From assembly GCF_006345805.1 (NCBI RefSeq), contig NC_042999.1:168516001-168580000 (forward strand): 64,000 nucleotides of DNA, written 5' to 3'. This document shows, piece after piece, positions 12,343 to 25,620 of this stretch (positions are counted from its first letter, which is position 1; every line of letters begins with the position of its first letter). The translations under genes were made by a program, and so were the position numbers. Under the pieces are notes generated by a model. It did not search any database. It was not told the DNA's origin and saw nothing but the letters and a program-made list of their open reading frames with translations. Origin of the DNA: Octopus sinensis (taxonomy: Eukaryota).

Positions 12343-12725
12343 CTTTACTTGTTTCAGTCATTTGACTGCGGCCATGCTGGAGCACCGCCTTTAGTCGAGC
12401 AAATCGACCCCGGGACTTATTCTTTGTAAGCCCAGTACTTATTCTATCGGTCTCTTTTGCCGAACCGCTAAGTGACGGGAACGTAAACACACCAGCATCG
12501 GTTGTCAAGCAATGCTAGGGGGACAAACACAGACACACAAACCCACACATATATATACATATATACGACAGGCTTCTTTCAGTTTCCATCTACCAAATCC
12601 ACTCACAAGGCATTGGTCGGCCCGGGGCTATAGCAGAAGACACTTGCCCAAGATGCCACGCAGTGGGACTGAACCCAGAACCATGTGGTTGGTTAGCAAG
12701 CTACTTACCACACAGCCACTCCTGC
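12343..12725 (-). mobile_element. tRNA-type SINE family A
   Basis: Reverse complement of the 9494 copy, near-identical in the 3' half. Confidence 0.88.
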
Positions 12726-12733
12726 ATTATATG

Positions 12734-12771
<38 letters not shown>

Positions 12772-13380
12772 TTGTATAGATATTACAAATTGAGATAGGG
12801 GTTGTGAGTGCAACCCACTATGGGATAACATATATCCAATATACTGCCAGTAAAGCACCCAACAAAGTTAATACATAAATGTTAAGAATTGCAATGCAAT
12901 TAGTTCATTTATTGTATTATATGGGCAAAGGTAAAATGTTTTTTCCACAAATTAATAATACAAAATAAGAAAATGGAGAAATACATCTTAATCAATAATC
13001 AACTACCAGATAATACCCAATCACATAATTTATTAACCCACTACATATGAACATCAAGGTCAAACATAATAGGATTGTCATAGATAGAAAAAATAACCCA
13101 CTTTTTAAAATTTTTAAATAAGTAAATAAATAAATATATGGAACTTAATCTTTGGAGAATAGTATATTAAATTATATTAAATTATTAAATATTAAATTAA
13201 AACTGTTATGTACCCAAAAACAAGATAGACACTTATAAGATGTAATGTGTGTGTGCATATATATACATGAATCTATGGGCGTGAATGTATGCAGATATTA
13301 TACATGAGGAGATTTATATGTATGCATGTGTGTGTATGTGTGTATATATATATATATATAGGTGTGTATATATATATATA

Positions 13381-14069
13381 TCTTGAACAAGCCTCAAATT
13401 GTGTAGGTCTTTACCTCAATGAGGCCAAAACTGAGTACATAAACAAGTGCCTGTCCAACAGTGATTGCATCATCCATGCTCTCAACAATGCGCTCTTAAA
13501 TATGGTTTCTGATTACAAATATCTTGGGTCACACATATCATCATCTGGAAAAGATTTTCTAACTAGAAAGGGTATGGCCTGGTCAGCCTGTAATGACATG
13601 CATAAGATCTGGTCATCAAATCTAAGGAGAGACTTCAAACTTGAAATATTCAAAGCCACAGTCGAACCAATTCTACTATATGGCTCAGAAACCTGGACGT
13701 TATCAAAGAAGCTTGAGAGACGGTTGGATGGAACCTACACTCGCCTCCTTATGAGAGCTCAAAATCTCTCGTGGAAGCGCCATCCAACCAAAATGCAAAT
13801 ATATGGGAAACTACCACCTGTGTCATCTCTTGTGAAAGGTAGGAGAGTCCAGTTTGGACATTGTTGTAGAGCTGAAAAAGAGGTAATTTCTCCTCTGGAA
13901 GCCATCTACTCGCAATACCAGAGGGTGCACACTCTCCTACCCTGATGTAATCTCCAGGGATACAGGCATCCAGCAACAGGACCTCCGTAATGCCATGATG
14001 GACTGTGAAGTCTGGCGTAGCATGGTAAATTCCATTGTCTTGACCACGGTCGAACAATGATGATGATGA
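13381..14069 (+). mobile_element. 5'-truncated RTE/RTEX-type LINE
   Basis: DYKYLGS...ILLYGSETWTL...GTYTRLLMRAQNLSW; ends in (GAT)n tail; flanked by (TA)n. Confidence 0.85.
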
Positions 14070-14086
14070 TATATATATATATATAG

Positions 14087-14127
<41 letters not shown>

Positions 14128-14391
14128 GCAATTAAGGACAACTACTCAATAAGGAAAACTTAACAAGAAATTGTCAGGTAGATAGCGTAAAAACCTCATA
14201 AGAGAAAAAATTTCGAAAATAATTATTTCTTATTGAACATATTAATTTATATATAGAGGGCATTATACATACATGCCAGGAGGCATTCTACATACTCGCC
14301 ATACGCTAAGAGGGACAATCAGTCATTTCTACAAAAATATTACTAATCCCACCGAATGCAATTTTTCAAAGTAAGACATTTAAAAATATAT

Positions 14392-14438
14392 AGACCTGTA
14401 TCACAGTGATTTCATACTTACGTAATCATCAGCAGCCT
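14392..14438 (-). ncRNA. Minimal type I hammerhead copy in the inverted arm (1-nt deletion in helix I)
   Basis: Reverse complement reads aggctg CTGATGA ttacgtaagtat GAAA tcactgtga TA caggtct. Confidence 0.65.
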
Positions 14439-14814
14439 GAATGTACTATAAATAACTGATTGTCCCTCTTAGCGTATGGCGAGTATGTAGAATGCCTCCT
14501 GGCATGTATGTATAATGCCCTCTATATATAAATTAATATGTTCAATAAGAAATAATTATTTTCGAAATTTTTTCTCTTATGAGGTTTTTACGCTATCTAC
14601 CTGACAATTTCTTGTTAAGTTTTCCTTATTAGTTGTCCTTAATTGCTAAATTTTTATTCCGAAAAAACTTTTCCTCTCCCGAAATGCAATTCGTAAAAGT
14701 TTGCCATTCATCCGGATGTAGTATATATAAACTCACCCATGTGCTTCGTTGATGTTGATCAGTTAGCTGATCGGCTTAAGCGAAGCAGGGTCGTTGTTTA
14801 TTTATAGTACATTC

Positions 14815-14862
14815 AGGCCTGCTGATGATTACGTAAGTATGAAATCACTGTGATACAGGTCT
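14815..14862 (+). ncRNA. Minimal type I hammerhead ribozyme, copy 1 (predicted cleavage after 14855)
   Basis: aggcctg CTGATGA t-tac-gtaa-gta-t GAAA tcac-t-gtga TA^ caggtct. Helix I 7 bp with one G.U; helix II with GUAA tetraloop; quasi-palindromic helix III; U10.1.U11.1 is non-canonical. Confidence 0.78.
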
Positions 14863-15295
14863 ATATATTTTTAAATGTCTTACTTTGAAAAATTGCATTC
14901 GGTGGGATTAGTAATATTTTTGGTAGAAATGACTGATTGTCCCTCTTAGCGTATGGCGAGTATGTAGAATGCCTCCTGGCATGTATGTATAATGCCCTCT
15001 ATATATAAATTAATATGTTCAATAAGAAATAATTATTTTCGAAATTTTTTCTCTTATGAGGTTTTTACGCTATCTACCTGACAATTTCTTGTTAAGTTTT
15101 CCTTATTAAGTAGTTGTCCTTAATTGCTAAATTTTTATTCCGAAAAAACTTTTCCTCTCCCGAAATGCAATTCGTAAAAGTTTGCCATTCAACCGGATGT
15201 AGTATATATAAACTCACCCATGTGCTTCGTTGATGTTGATCAGTTAGCTGATCGGCTTAAGCGAGGCAGGGTCGTTGTTTATTTATAGTACATTC

Positions 15296-15343
15296 AGGCC
15301 TGCTGATGATTACGTAAGTATGAAATCACTGTGATACAGGTCT
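15296..15343 (+). ncRNA. Minimal type I hammerhead ribozyme, copy 2 (predicted cleavage after 15336)
   Basis: Identical to copy 1, 481 nt downstream. Confidence 0.78.
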
Positions 15344-15480
15344 ATATATTTTTAAATGTCTTACTTTGAAAAATTGCATTCGGTGGGATTAGTAATATTT
15401 TTGGTAGAATTGACTGATTGTCCCTCTTAGCGTATGGCGAGTATGTAGAATGCCTCCTGGCATGTATGTATAATGCCCTC

Positions 15481-15520
<40 letters not shown>

Positions 15521-15600
15521 TGCATATGTATGTATATATATATATTATATATATATATATGTGTGTGTGTGTGAGTGTGTGTGTGAGGGGGGTGCATATG

Positions 15601-15640
<40 letters not shown>

Positions 15641-16882
15641 AGTGTGTGTATGTGCGTGTAGATATCTATATCTGTACATATGCTTAGTAGTGTATGTATA
15701 TAATTACTAAGGTTTAACTGTAGATATGTGTGGAGATATGTATGTAATTACATATGTTTAAGGTTGTGTATCTGATGCTGTGCTGTATATATGTGCACGA
15801 GTAAGTGTATATACACACACATATACTATAAACTTATAAAGCTAGTAACTTGTAGTGGCGGATTGGTGTAGACTGACCACTCATAACAACGATATCAAAT
15901 TTCAACCTCGAAATTAAGAAGTGATTTATGACCCTTACCACCCCATCAAAACCAAAATCTTATTCTCAACTCTTTTAGCATCTTATCTCTTTATCTCAAT
16001 TATTTTGTTTTATTATAATCTGCTAAAACTGATAAAAAACATAGAACTTGTTATCTCATAGCGGTCTACTAGGATATATTAGTTAAAAACTGTAATATAT
16101 TTCGCTTCAAGCCAAATATAATACACTAAAGTTAATTACGCACGCAAGATTTCGCGTTGAAAAAGCACGTGGTGACATCTCGTAAATTTATTTCCAATCG
16201 ACTGTAACAAGCAAAAAGAACTGTTTTCTTTTCTTTTTTGAAAGAAAACTTCTTCGTATAGGGACACAAATTTGGGACTTCTACCTCTTATAAGATAAGT
16301 TCCCCATTTCATTTGTTTAATTTCCTGTAATTCAATGTAATGTCTGAGTTAGGACCTATTCTCTGTTTACATTCTGTTAATAATCTTTCAATTTCTGTTT
16401 CAGCACCCACTTTGTTTTTGTTAATTTCTCAATATATCTCTTTAAAATTATTCAATTTTAGATAGGTATATATTTATATTTATTTGTTGCTTTATTTATA
16501 TATATATATTTACTCAGCCTTTCAATCTTCCTAAATATATAGACATGAACATTAGAAAACTTTCGTAGCTGCAGATAGAGATATATATTTATTTGTTGCA
16601 TGCCTCCTCTCTTTCATTTCTTTCTCTCTCTGTCTCTTCAGTTCTCTCCTTCACGCCTCTTGCTGTCTCTTCACTTCCCTCTGTCACCCCATCTTTCCTC
16701 TCTCAATCTAAATATATAGACGCGAACTTTCTCATCTCACTCTCTCTTCATATCTTCTCTCAGCTCTCGATCTCTCTGAATACATAGACACTTTCTTTCT
16801 TTCTCTATTTCTTCTCTACCCCCTATTACACTGTTAAATTTTAAATATAATTAGATAGATAAATAAATAAAATATCCCAAAA

Positions 16883-19800
16883 ATGTCCAGAACCTGGAGG
16901 AGCATGGAATTGGCACTGTTCTTGAGAGCCTGGAGATGTGCTGGCGGAGACAATCCGAACAACATAATTACAGCTGCACTGAAGAGCAATGGTTACACAA
17001 GGACGTTAGCACAGATAGAGCGAAAGAAGCAGGAATTTATACGCTCCTATGCACTCATGAGATCCCACATCAGCACGCTTGATGCCATCTCTGACAACGA
17101 ACAAAACAAAGATGACAAAGATGGAGGCACGGGTGCTGATGAAATATTCCACTCCCACTTTGTAGACACCCAGGACAACAAAGCAGATTTAAGTGAAAAA
17201 CCTGCCCGGGTAGTAAACATAAGTGCAAGTGCCCCTACCAGCATCAAAAGTCAAAACCATGGAGATGAAAGAGCCAAAAAAGAAGTAAAAGAAAGAAAAA
17301 CTAAAAGAAAAACAAAAGATGAAACAGCCAAAGACGGAAAAACTAAAACTCAAACAAAACCAGATGAAACAGCCAAGGATAGAAGCAAACCTGACTATCC
17401 ATGTACCGAAAAGGATAGAAAGAGACAGCACACACGAATATGTAAATTCTACCTGAAAGGTGTCTGCTGCATGGAGAGGAAGGTGCAGGTTGCCGTTCTG
17501 CACACCAAAGACCCTGTCACATAAACATGAAACGGCAGAAACTAACTGTCAAAAGGAAAAGTTAGTTAGTTAGTTAATTTGGCTCAAAAGCAAATAGCAA
17601 GCCCATGTAGGGGGACATGGAGTTAAGTACAGGGTGGTGTTCATGTAAAGAGTTCAGGCCACTTGAGGTCAAGGGAGGCTTTGAACAAAGCAGTCGTCGG
17701 CATCTTCACCATCTCGTCTGGCAGCTTGTTCCACGGATCCGCAACCCGGACGGAGAAAGCTCCTCTCCTTCGATTGAGATGAAATCGTCGCAGGTAGAGC
17801 TTTTCGGAATGACCCCGCAGCCGACGCTCTGGAGCAGGAGTGAAGAACAGCTCTTTCGAGAGGTTACACTTTCCGCTTATGATGTTGTGGGCGAGAATGA
17901 GATCACCACGGCGGTGGCGTTTTTCAAGAGAATAAAGGTCGAGCGTCCTCAGCCTTTCTTCATAGGACAAATTTTTGAGACCATGAACCATGCGGGTAGC
18001 CAGCTTCAGGACTCTTTCGAGATGCTGTATGTCTTTGAGGAGATAAGGAGAAGAGGCTTGAATCCTGTACTCCAATATGGGTCTCACCAGCGTGACATAG
18101 AGTGGTAGGAATATGGCTGCTGTGAGCATTCCGAATGACCGTCGAATCAAGAACAGAATTCCGCGTGCTTTGTTGGCAGCATGGACGCACTGGGCCGAAG
18201 GCGAAAAGGAGGAATCCATCAAGATACCCAGGTCGTTTACCTGATCGGTCCTCTCCAGCAGCAGACGACCCGGCTCGAAATCAAGTTGAGTTGCAGGAGG
18301 AGAGCCAACAGGCAGATAACAGCACTTTGACACGTTCAGACACAGGTCCCATTCGTTAGACCACTTCCAAATTTGGTGGAGGCATCGACGAAGATCCTCT
18401 ATATCACCACGAGGAGCGACCAGTTTGATATCGTCGGCAAATAGAAGGGTGTGTTGCGTGAGGTTGTCGAGCAAGTCATTTATGAAGACTAAGAACAATA
18501 AGGGCCCAAGCACTGAACCTTGAGGCACGCCACTGCTCGCACTGGAGACGTCGGACCGCGAACCATTAACTTGGACTTGGAAGGAACGATCTGAGAGGAA
18601 GGCACCAACCCACCGTACAATATCCGGATGGAAACTATATGCTTGAAGCTTGACAAGTAATAGGCGGTGGTTTACCGAATCAAAAGCTTTGGCAAAGTCC
18701 AATAAAACGATGTCAACAGCATCACTATCATCGAGGATGCATGTCTCCAATTCTTCCATTACCAGTAAGTTGGTCAAGCATGATCTCTTCGGCACGAAGC
18801 CGTGTTGGGAATCAGAGATAGAGGCTGTGTTTTGGAGGTGGAGCATCATACTTTTCTTAAGGATGGTTTCGAACATCTTGCTGATTATTGATGTAAGGGA
18901 AACCGGTCGGTAGTTAAGCGGGTCTTCGCGGTTCCCTTTCTTGAAAATTGGGCAGATTAACGCTGTTCTCCAGTCTGCAGGTATAACACCCGTCGCCAAT
19001 GACATATTGAATAGACGTGTTAAGGGCTTGCAGATGACCGGAGGAAAGGACTACGCACCACCTGCCCCAAAACGGAAGTACGCAGATGTAGTGCGTGTTA
19101 CAAACCATCAACATGTTATTGTAAGGGCAGCTGCTGAAGAAGAATCTTTTTTGTGCATGGCACAAAAGATTGTACAGCAGCTAACCTGGCTCCATCAAAC
19201 TCAAACTCACAGATGGGACTATCCACAATACCGCTATAGCAAATAGACCCAAGGTGCACACCACTGGCAACAATGTACACATCACCTCGATGCTCCAACT
19301 GAACATCAGAGGACTGCTAACACTCAGTAACAGGACAAAAATCCCTTTCTTGAGAGACCTTGTTGCATGCAATCAAGCCTTATGCATAGAACTTACGGAA
19401 ACACACCTGAAACCAGATATAGCAGATGCGGAAATACACATACCACAGTATGTTGTATTACGGACCAACAGAAAAGAAAGGAGTTATGGTGGAGTTGCTA
19501 TGTACATCCGCAAGGACCTCACACCCCTGGTCCTTTTGTCATACTCAAATTCGGTGTGTGACACACTAATTGTACATATAAGGCAACTTGGTGTAGTTAT
19601 ATGTGCTACATATCGCCTTCCAGATGCTCCAAGCCATGTAGGCAAGTTTGAAGACTGCCTTACAAAAATAGAAATTCTAGTCACATTAGAACAACACATA
19701 AGTGTACTTCTTATGGGAGACTTCAATCTGCCCAATGTCAGATGGCACGAGGGCCTTTCTCTCCCAGGAATGACACGATGCGAATGAGGACAGGCGAGGT

Positions 19801-21010
19801 CCCTCCTGAACCTCATCAACACTCTATACATGGAGCAAGTAATACTCCAACCAACCAGAGCAGGTAACACACTGGATCTCTGTTTCACAAATAATATGGA
19901 TCTCATCCATAATGTGAAAGTGACACCGACATTACTCTTGGATCACAACATGGTAGAGTTGACCATGTACGGGCCAAAGGAAAGCATGGAGATGCAGCCT
20001 ACAAGAAACTCTCAGAATCTTTCCAGCTTGAACTTCCATAAGGCAAACTGGAAACAAATTGAGAAAGAGATCCTCAAACAAAACTGGCCTGAATGTCTCT
20101 CCTCGCCAGACATCGACATGAAATTTCAACAATTCATGTCTGTAATGCAAGCCATATGCTACACGTGTCCCAGAGAGAAAGGCCACTGTACACAAGAACA
20201 AAATACCCAGAGAGAGGAAAATTCTTATGAGACAGCGTAGAAAAGTTTCAAATCGCCTAAACAAACAAATTGAAAGCAGTGAAAAGTCCCACCTGAAAAT
20301 AAAACTGCTGGAAATTGAAAAATGTAACTCTCCCATGAAAAAGAAAGAGCAGACAAAGAAGCCTGGGCTATAGACAACATAAAATCTAACCCCAGAGCTT
20401 TCTACAAGTTTGCCAAAAAAACAGCTATGGTGCTCTGTAGGAGATGGCTACCACTTGAAAAAGATGGTACACTCACAGGAAATCCAATGAGGATAAGTGT
20501 AATACTAAATGAGCAATTCAAAAGTATTTTCACTCCACCCCTAGGGCATTTTCAAGTCAGCAATACAACTGACTTCTTTACCACTGCAGATATAAAATCG
20601 GAGGCAGCGATGATTGATTATATCAATATAAAGGAAGACGATGTAATAAAGGCTATTGATGAAATGAAAACAAACTCAGCTACTGGCCTCGATGGATTCT
20701 CAGCAATCCTTCAAAAAGTATGTAAGAGAGTCCTAGCAACACCACTGCAGTTCCTCGTTCAGAGCTTCCTTGCAACTGGCAAACTTCCAAGAAAACTGAA
20801 GGAAGGTCAAATATGCCCTATTCATAAAGGAGGTAACAGAGCGGAGGCCAAGAACTACAGACCTATCTCTCTGACCTCACACATCAGCAAGGTCATGGAA
20901 CAAATAGTCAGAAGGAAGAAGCTGCTTAACTCAGCTTCTACAACACTATGACTGGGTGCTGAAACAGCTGCTCAACCACTCAAATGTTGAAGTCATATAT
21001 CTCGACTTTG
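16883..21010 (+). mobile_element. CR1/L2-like LINE (ORF1 with CCCH-like finger, APE endonuclease, partial RT), interrupted at 17561-19005, 3'-truncated
   Basis: ORF1 RICKFYLKGVC; endonuclease LNIRGL...ETHL...GDFNLP; RT NYRPISLTSHISKVME; several stops and frameshifts. Confidence 0.85.
17561..19005 (-). mobile_element. 5'-truncated CR1-type LINE with uninterrupted 454-aa RT/C-terminal ORF
   Basis: NYRPVSLTS, DFAKAFDSV, PQGSVLGP and LLFADD motifs; (TAAC)n tail at 17561-17575. Confidence 0.92.
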
Positions 21011-21542
21011 CTTGTGAGCTGAAACTAGATAAATAAATAAAAAAAATATATATATATGTATATATATATATGCAGTAGGTAGGTGCGCATTGCCAACCAG
21101 CATCCCCTTTTGGCTATTCAATAACCATCCTGCTTTTCTACAATAGCCCACTAGATCTTCAAACCTCTGAAGGGGATGGTACTGCCCACTTTGGGAACAA
21201 CTGCTATAGACTAAAGACCATACAATAATATAAATGTCATTAAACAAAAGTGGTGATGTGTTAATTCATGGGGATTTTCATATCACTAAGATTAATGCTA
21301 ATGGATATAGCCAAGGTTATTTTAAATTTTTAGTGGCTTAGCCACTAAAGAGATTATTATCAGACTAGAGATCTGGCACAAAGGACAGGTGGCAGTGTTA
21401 CATGGACTACATCTGGGCTTAAGCTGTCTTGTGACATATCATTGAGATGAAACAAATTTAAATATTTTTGTGTGAAACATACTCGACATTTAAATCAGTG
21501 AAATAATGAAAATCTGAAAAACTGTATAAATAGCAGTCTTAC

Positions 21543-21587
21543 CTTTGCTTCATCAATACTGGTCCAAATGGAGCCATTCAATTTGGT
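21543..21587 (-). CDS. DAAM: DAAM 45-nt exon (FH2 lasso): TKLNGSIWTSIDEAK
   Basis: Read by hand; gctgttgtag / gtaaga; phase 0-0; aligns to DAAM1 KLEGTVWTEIDDTK. Confidence 0.92.
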
Positions 21588-21927
21588 CTACAACAGCCAC
21601 ATTAAATAGAAAATAAAAATCAATGATAACTCATGATAAAAAAAACAACTATTGTAAAAAAAAATAAAATATAATAAATAGTGATTTCTTCCCCTAAGCA
21701 CAAAGCCAAATTTTGTACAGGAGAGCATACATTTGACTGAAATTCAAAATATTCTCTAAGATGTTAAATGAATACATAATGAATGGAATAATGGTAAAAA
21801 TGGTTTCAATAGATTTCTTAGATGGCATTAATTTTACCTTCTGTCAGTCCTGTGTCAAAACACTTCCAACAATATGCTGGATTCACTCAACTTCTAGTAC
21901 ATAAAGAAACAGACATAATTTACTTAC

Positions 21928-22037
21928 TTCAGGTAGTTTAGACCAGTTGAAAGACTTCAATGGCTGAGAAGAAGCTGGAGTATTTTTTTTCCGAGCGGTG
22001 GTTGTAGAGCTTTCAACTGAAGGATTTCTCTTTGAGG
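21928..22037 (-). CDS. DAAM: DAAM exon (FH2 lasso): SKRNPSVESSTTTARKKNTPASSQPLKSFNWSKLPE
   Basis: Read by hand; ttacatttcag / gtaagt; 110 nt, phase 1-0. Confidence 0.93.
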
Positions 22038-22361
22038 CTGAAATGTAAGAACATTGTAATGATATATTCTGTTAGTAGCTAACAATTTAAGTAGTTCTAG
22101 TATTGTTTCTTATGTATATTTTATTCAAACATAGATCAACCATTCTCAAGAAACTATCTCCAGCACACCAAAAAAAACCTAACTTCTATGCTTTTTATAA
22201 TGAAAGAAGTCTTATTTTTATATTTTAGACAAGATTAATTTATTTATTTAATGAACTTGGATAAAAGAATCTCACTAGATCATTATATACATAAACAAAT
22301 ACTCAATATACACATCTCCCCAAAATGTTGATGAACATGGAATAAAAGCAACTGTGTAAAG

Positions 22362-23607
22362 CAGGCATGTCAAACATGCGGCCCATTGCAAGCGGCCTGC
22401 ACAGATAGCGCATTGGTGTCATTGGATCTGGGTCGGATTACAGGCAGGAAGAAAGTTATACAATTACTTGGAGGCCCAGAGTTGCGAAATTTCCCATCAG
22501 TTGGCTAATCCACAGCTCCAGATGTGTCGTACCTCAAACATTACAGATGTTTGCGCATTCTCCACAGAAGTCCACTGGTTGTCATGCCACAAAATGTTGA
22601 AAAGATTTTATTTGTTGAGACAAGAAATAATTATGTTTTTGGAGGTGAAAAGTCAAAACACAGATGAAATAAAAGATGAGAGTTGGCTTCAGGATCAGAC
22701 TTTTGCGGTGGACATTACTTCACAATTAACTGATCTCAATTTGAAATTACAAGGTAAAAACAAGCTCATCACTCAGTTGTATGGTGACATCAAGTGCTTC
22801 ATTACAAAATTAAGCTTATGGAAGTCACAGTTGTCAAATGAAAATTTAGTAAATTTTCATAAGTGCAAAGAGCTGAAAAACAGTGCTAATACTGGATCTG
22901 TACTTAGCTTTGCCATATGATAATCACCTGAAATTGTTGTCAAAAGAATTTCAGGAAAGATTTTGTGATTTCTCCTCTTTTGAACATCCATTTGCATTAT
23001 TCTCAGCACCATTCACCTTTGATGTTGCTAAGGCAGAAGAAAGCTTGCAGATGTAACTATTAGAATTGCAGTCAGATTCTTCACTCAGAGAAAAGTATTT
23101 TGAAGTGAAGATAACTGGTTTCTTATCATTCCTTCTTGAAAACTTTAAAAACTTCAGAAAGTTTACAGCAATGTTTGGTTCTATCTATGTGTATTAACAG
23201 TTATTTTCCTGCATGAAATCAACAAAAAATGAGCAAATAAGGCTGACTGATCAACACTTGTCATCTCTCATCAAACTGCACAGACATTTCAGTCAGACAT
23301 ACCAAAAATTGGTGTCAAGCCTCAAGACAAAACACTAAAAATGTTTGAATAATCATAAATAAAAGTTCATTTTCAACTTTTGTAATTTTTGTACAATGCA
23401 TTTGTTGTTGTTGTTGCATTCATATCTATATTGCTGTTTAAAATTTCATCTTTTTCTTTTGTTAAACAATTTCATTAATTTGTGTTCTTGAATGTGGCAA
23501 AACCATAAAATATTTCTAAGTTTAAGTAAGAAAAATATTCTGCAATCATTTTTTATTAAATGACTTCAGTTATAATTGAAGCAAGTGTGGCCCTCATGAC
23601 ATGCCTG
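22362..23607 (+). mobile_element. Internally deleted hAT transposon (Buster/Charlie, GTF2IRD2-like)
   Basis: TIRs caggcatgtca / tgacatgcctg; degenerate 8-bp TSD gtgtaaag / atgtagag with central TA; TEVHWLS...LNLKLQGK transposase motifs. Confidence 0.88.
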
Positions 23608-24071
23608 ATGTAGAGATAAAACTACTATAAGGATATACCACTAAACTATTTCCTGGCCAGACAGGGAAAATGCAAGTGCATAGTCATTACTTTTGCGTGT
23701 GTGTGTGTGTGTGTGTGGGAGAATGTGTGTGTGCATACATGCACTCTCTCAATGTAATTGCACTGTCCAACCAGTTTGGCAGGAGCTGGCTGGATACTGA
23801 AATAAGTTTTCAACAACCTTTGAGAGAAAATGACAACAACCTATATCTGTAGAGAGATGTAGTTTCAGGACTCTGGTAATAATAGTTTTAATCAAGTTTT
23901 CATTTGCAGCTTCAATTAAATGATTATATGTTCTTTATTTCCATTTAGTATGGCACTGCATATTGCTTTGTCTTTGGATAGTTCAGCAGCATGTCTTTTT
24001 CTGAGAAGTTGCTAGCCTATTGCTCAACCCTTCTCCATTTTGGGAGAAAGGAATATTGTGAATGGGAGAGG

Positions 24072-24127
<56 letters not shown>

Positions 24128-25109
24128 AGTGAACCACCTGTATTTATAGTCATTTTAAAGTAAGTAAAGAACACTCCAATCAAAAGGAAAGAATTTAATC
24201 CTTATATTCATCATTAAACATTTAATCCCTATATTCATCATTAAACATTCTGTTATGTGTGTTATTAACATCAACAAATGCATTTGAAATTTTTGCCTTT
24301 TAACCAAAACTTACTTTGAAAAATGGCTGCTAATAATTTTTTTAGTCATAACTTATTCACTGATTTAATTGATGATTAAATAGAAGATGATTCCAGAATG
24401 GTATATTGATTTCAGCATATTTGAGTAAATCTGTCTGGTTTTGATTTGTCCAATTTTTCAAATGATTCAGAAGCAATATTACTGGCAGGATGTTCAGATA
24501 TTGTTTTTAATCTTTAAATTCAACTTTTGCAAGGGTTCTTAACCCAAAAATAACTTTAGGATTTGATGTGTAGCCTGCTGAATATTCTTTTGCAACTTTT
24601 CCCATTGAGTTTCATTAGTTCAATCACCCAACAAATTTTTGATAACAAAAAGAAGCATCAACTTTATTCCTACATGTTTTGATGAAACCCATGTATGTTG
24701 TTTCTGATGGGAGTAAGAAACTCACAATAAATAAAATAATATCCAGGAATAGATATGAGCAACTTAATTTTTTTCCACATGAACAACTGTACACAAAAAC
24801 CCAATACATGTTTATTTATTAATTATTGATCACTACTAACACTAATGAACATTATACATTTAAACAAGTTGATGTACAGTTTTTATATAATTGACTGTTA
24901 TGAACATTTAAACTTGTCAACATTGAAACTTTTAAACATCTTTTTCTAATTCATAATTCTAAATTTTTACCATTGATAAACAAAAAATATTGTTGAAACT
25001 AGTTTGATATATATGTAAATAAATTTATTTAAAAACAGTTATGAGTTTTTCAAACTTAGGTGCATTTTCAACAACAAAAGTGCCTATATTTTTTCCTGCA
25101 TGGGGCTGC

Positions 25110-25620
25110 CAATGTTAAGGTGGTGTGTTTGGGTTGTTGGCAGCCAGTGGCTTGAAGTTCACCAAGAGGGCATACCTTTGGTTGCAGCAAGATGGTTCAT
25201 ATTTCCTGTTAATAGGTATTGCAGGTTGGTGGAGAATGTGCAGTCCTTCATGGAGGCTGAGCTAGCAACTGTGGGTGCTGAGTGAGTAGGATGGAGCCCT
25301 GTCAATAACAGCCCAATTCATGTTGGGCATTTCATTCTGAAGGTCACAGAGGAAATGAGACAAAGAAGTAGAATTCTTTCTATTCCTGCACCTAAGCAAG
25401 TAAATATGCAGTATGTACCTTTCCTTGAAATCATTAGCTATCATGCATGTGGAGTACCTTGTGATGCTATTGGATGTTGTAAGGGTGGCTCTGTAGACTA
25501 CAGCCCTTGAGAGGCAGGATTCTCCTCGAGGGCAGCTGGTAGGTTTTTGGAGTTGGAGTTTGTGCAGGTGCATGTTTGCATCTGTTGTAGCAGGAGGATC
25601 TAACCTTAATGTTATATGAG
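25110..25620 (-). mobile_element. Penelope-like element GIY-YIG endonuclease remnant
   Basis: SCPRGESCLSRAVVYRA...(YST)...DFKERY...NSTSLS...WAVIDRAPSY pattern, typical of the Neptune-type PLE endonuclease. Confidence 0.72.

Larger units (their letters stand above)
14126..15491. repeat. Inverted + tandem array of a ~480-bp hammerhead-bearing unit
   Basis: Unit starts at 14455, 14932 and 15413 (periods 477 and 481). 14126-14454 is the reverse complement of 14798-15128. Only a few differences between copies; bounded by (TA)n. Confidence 0.95.
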
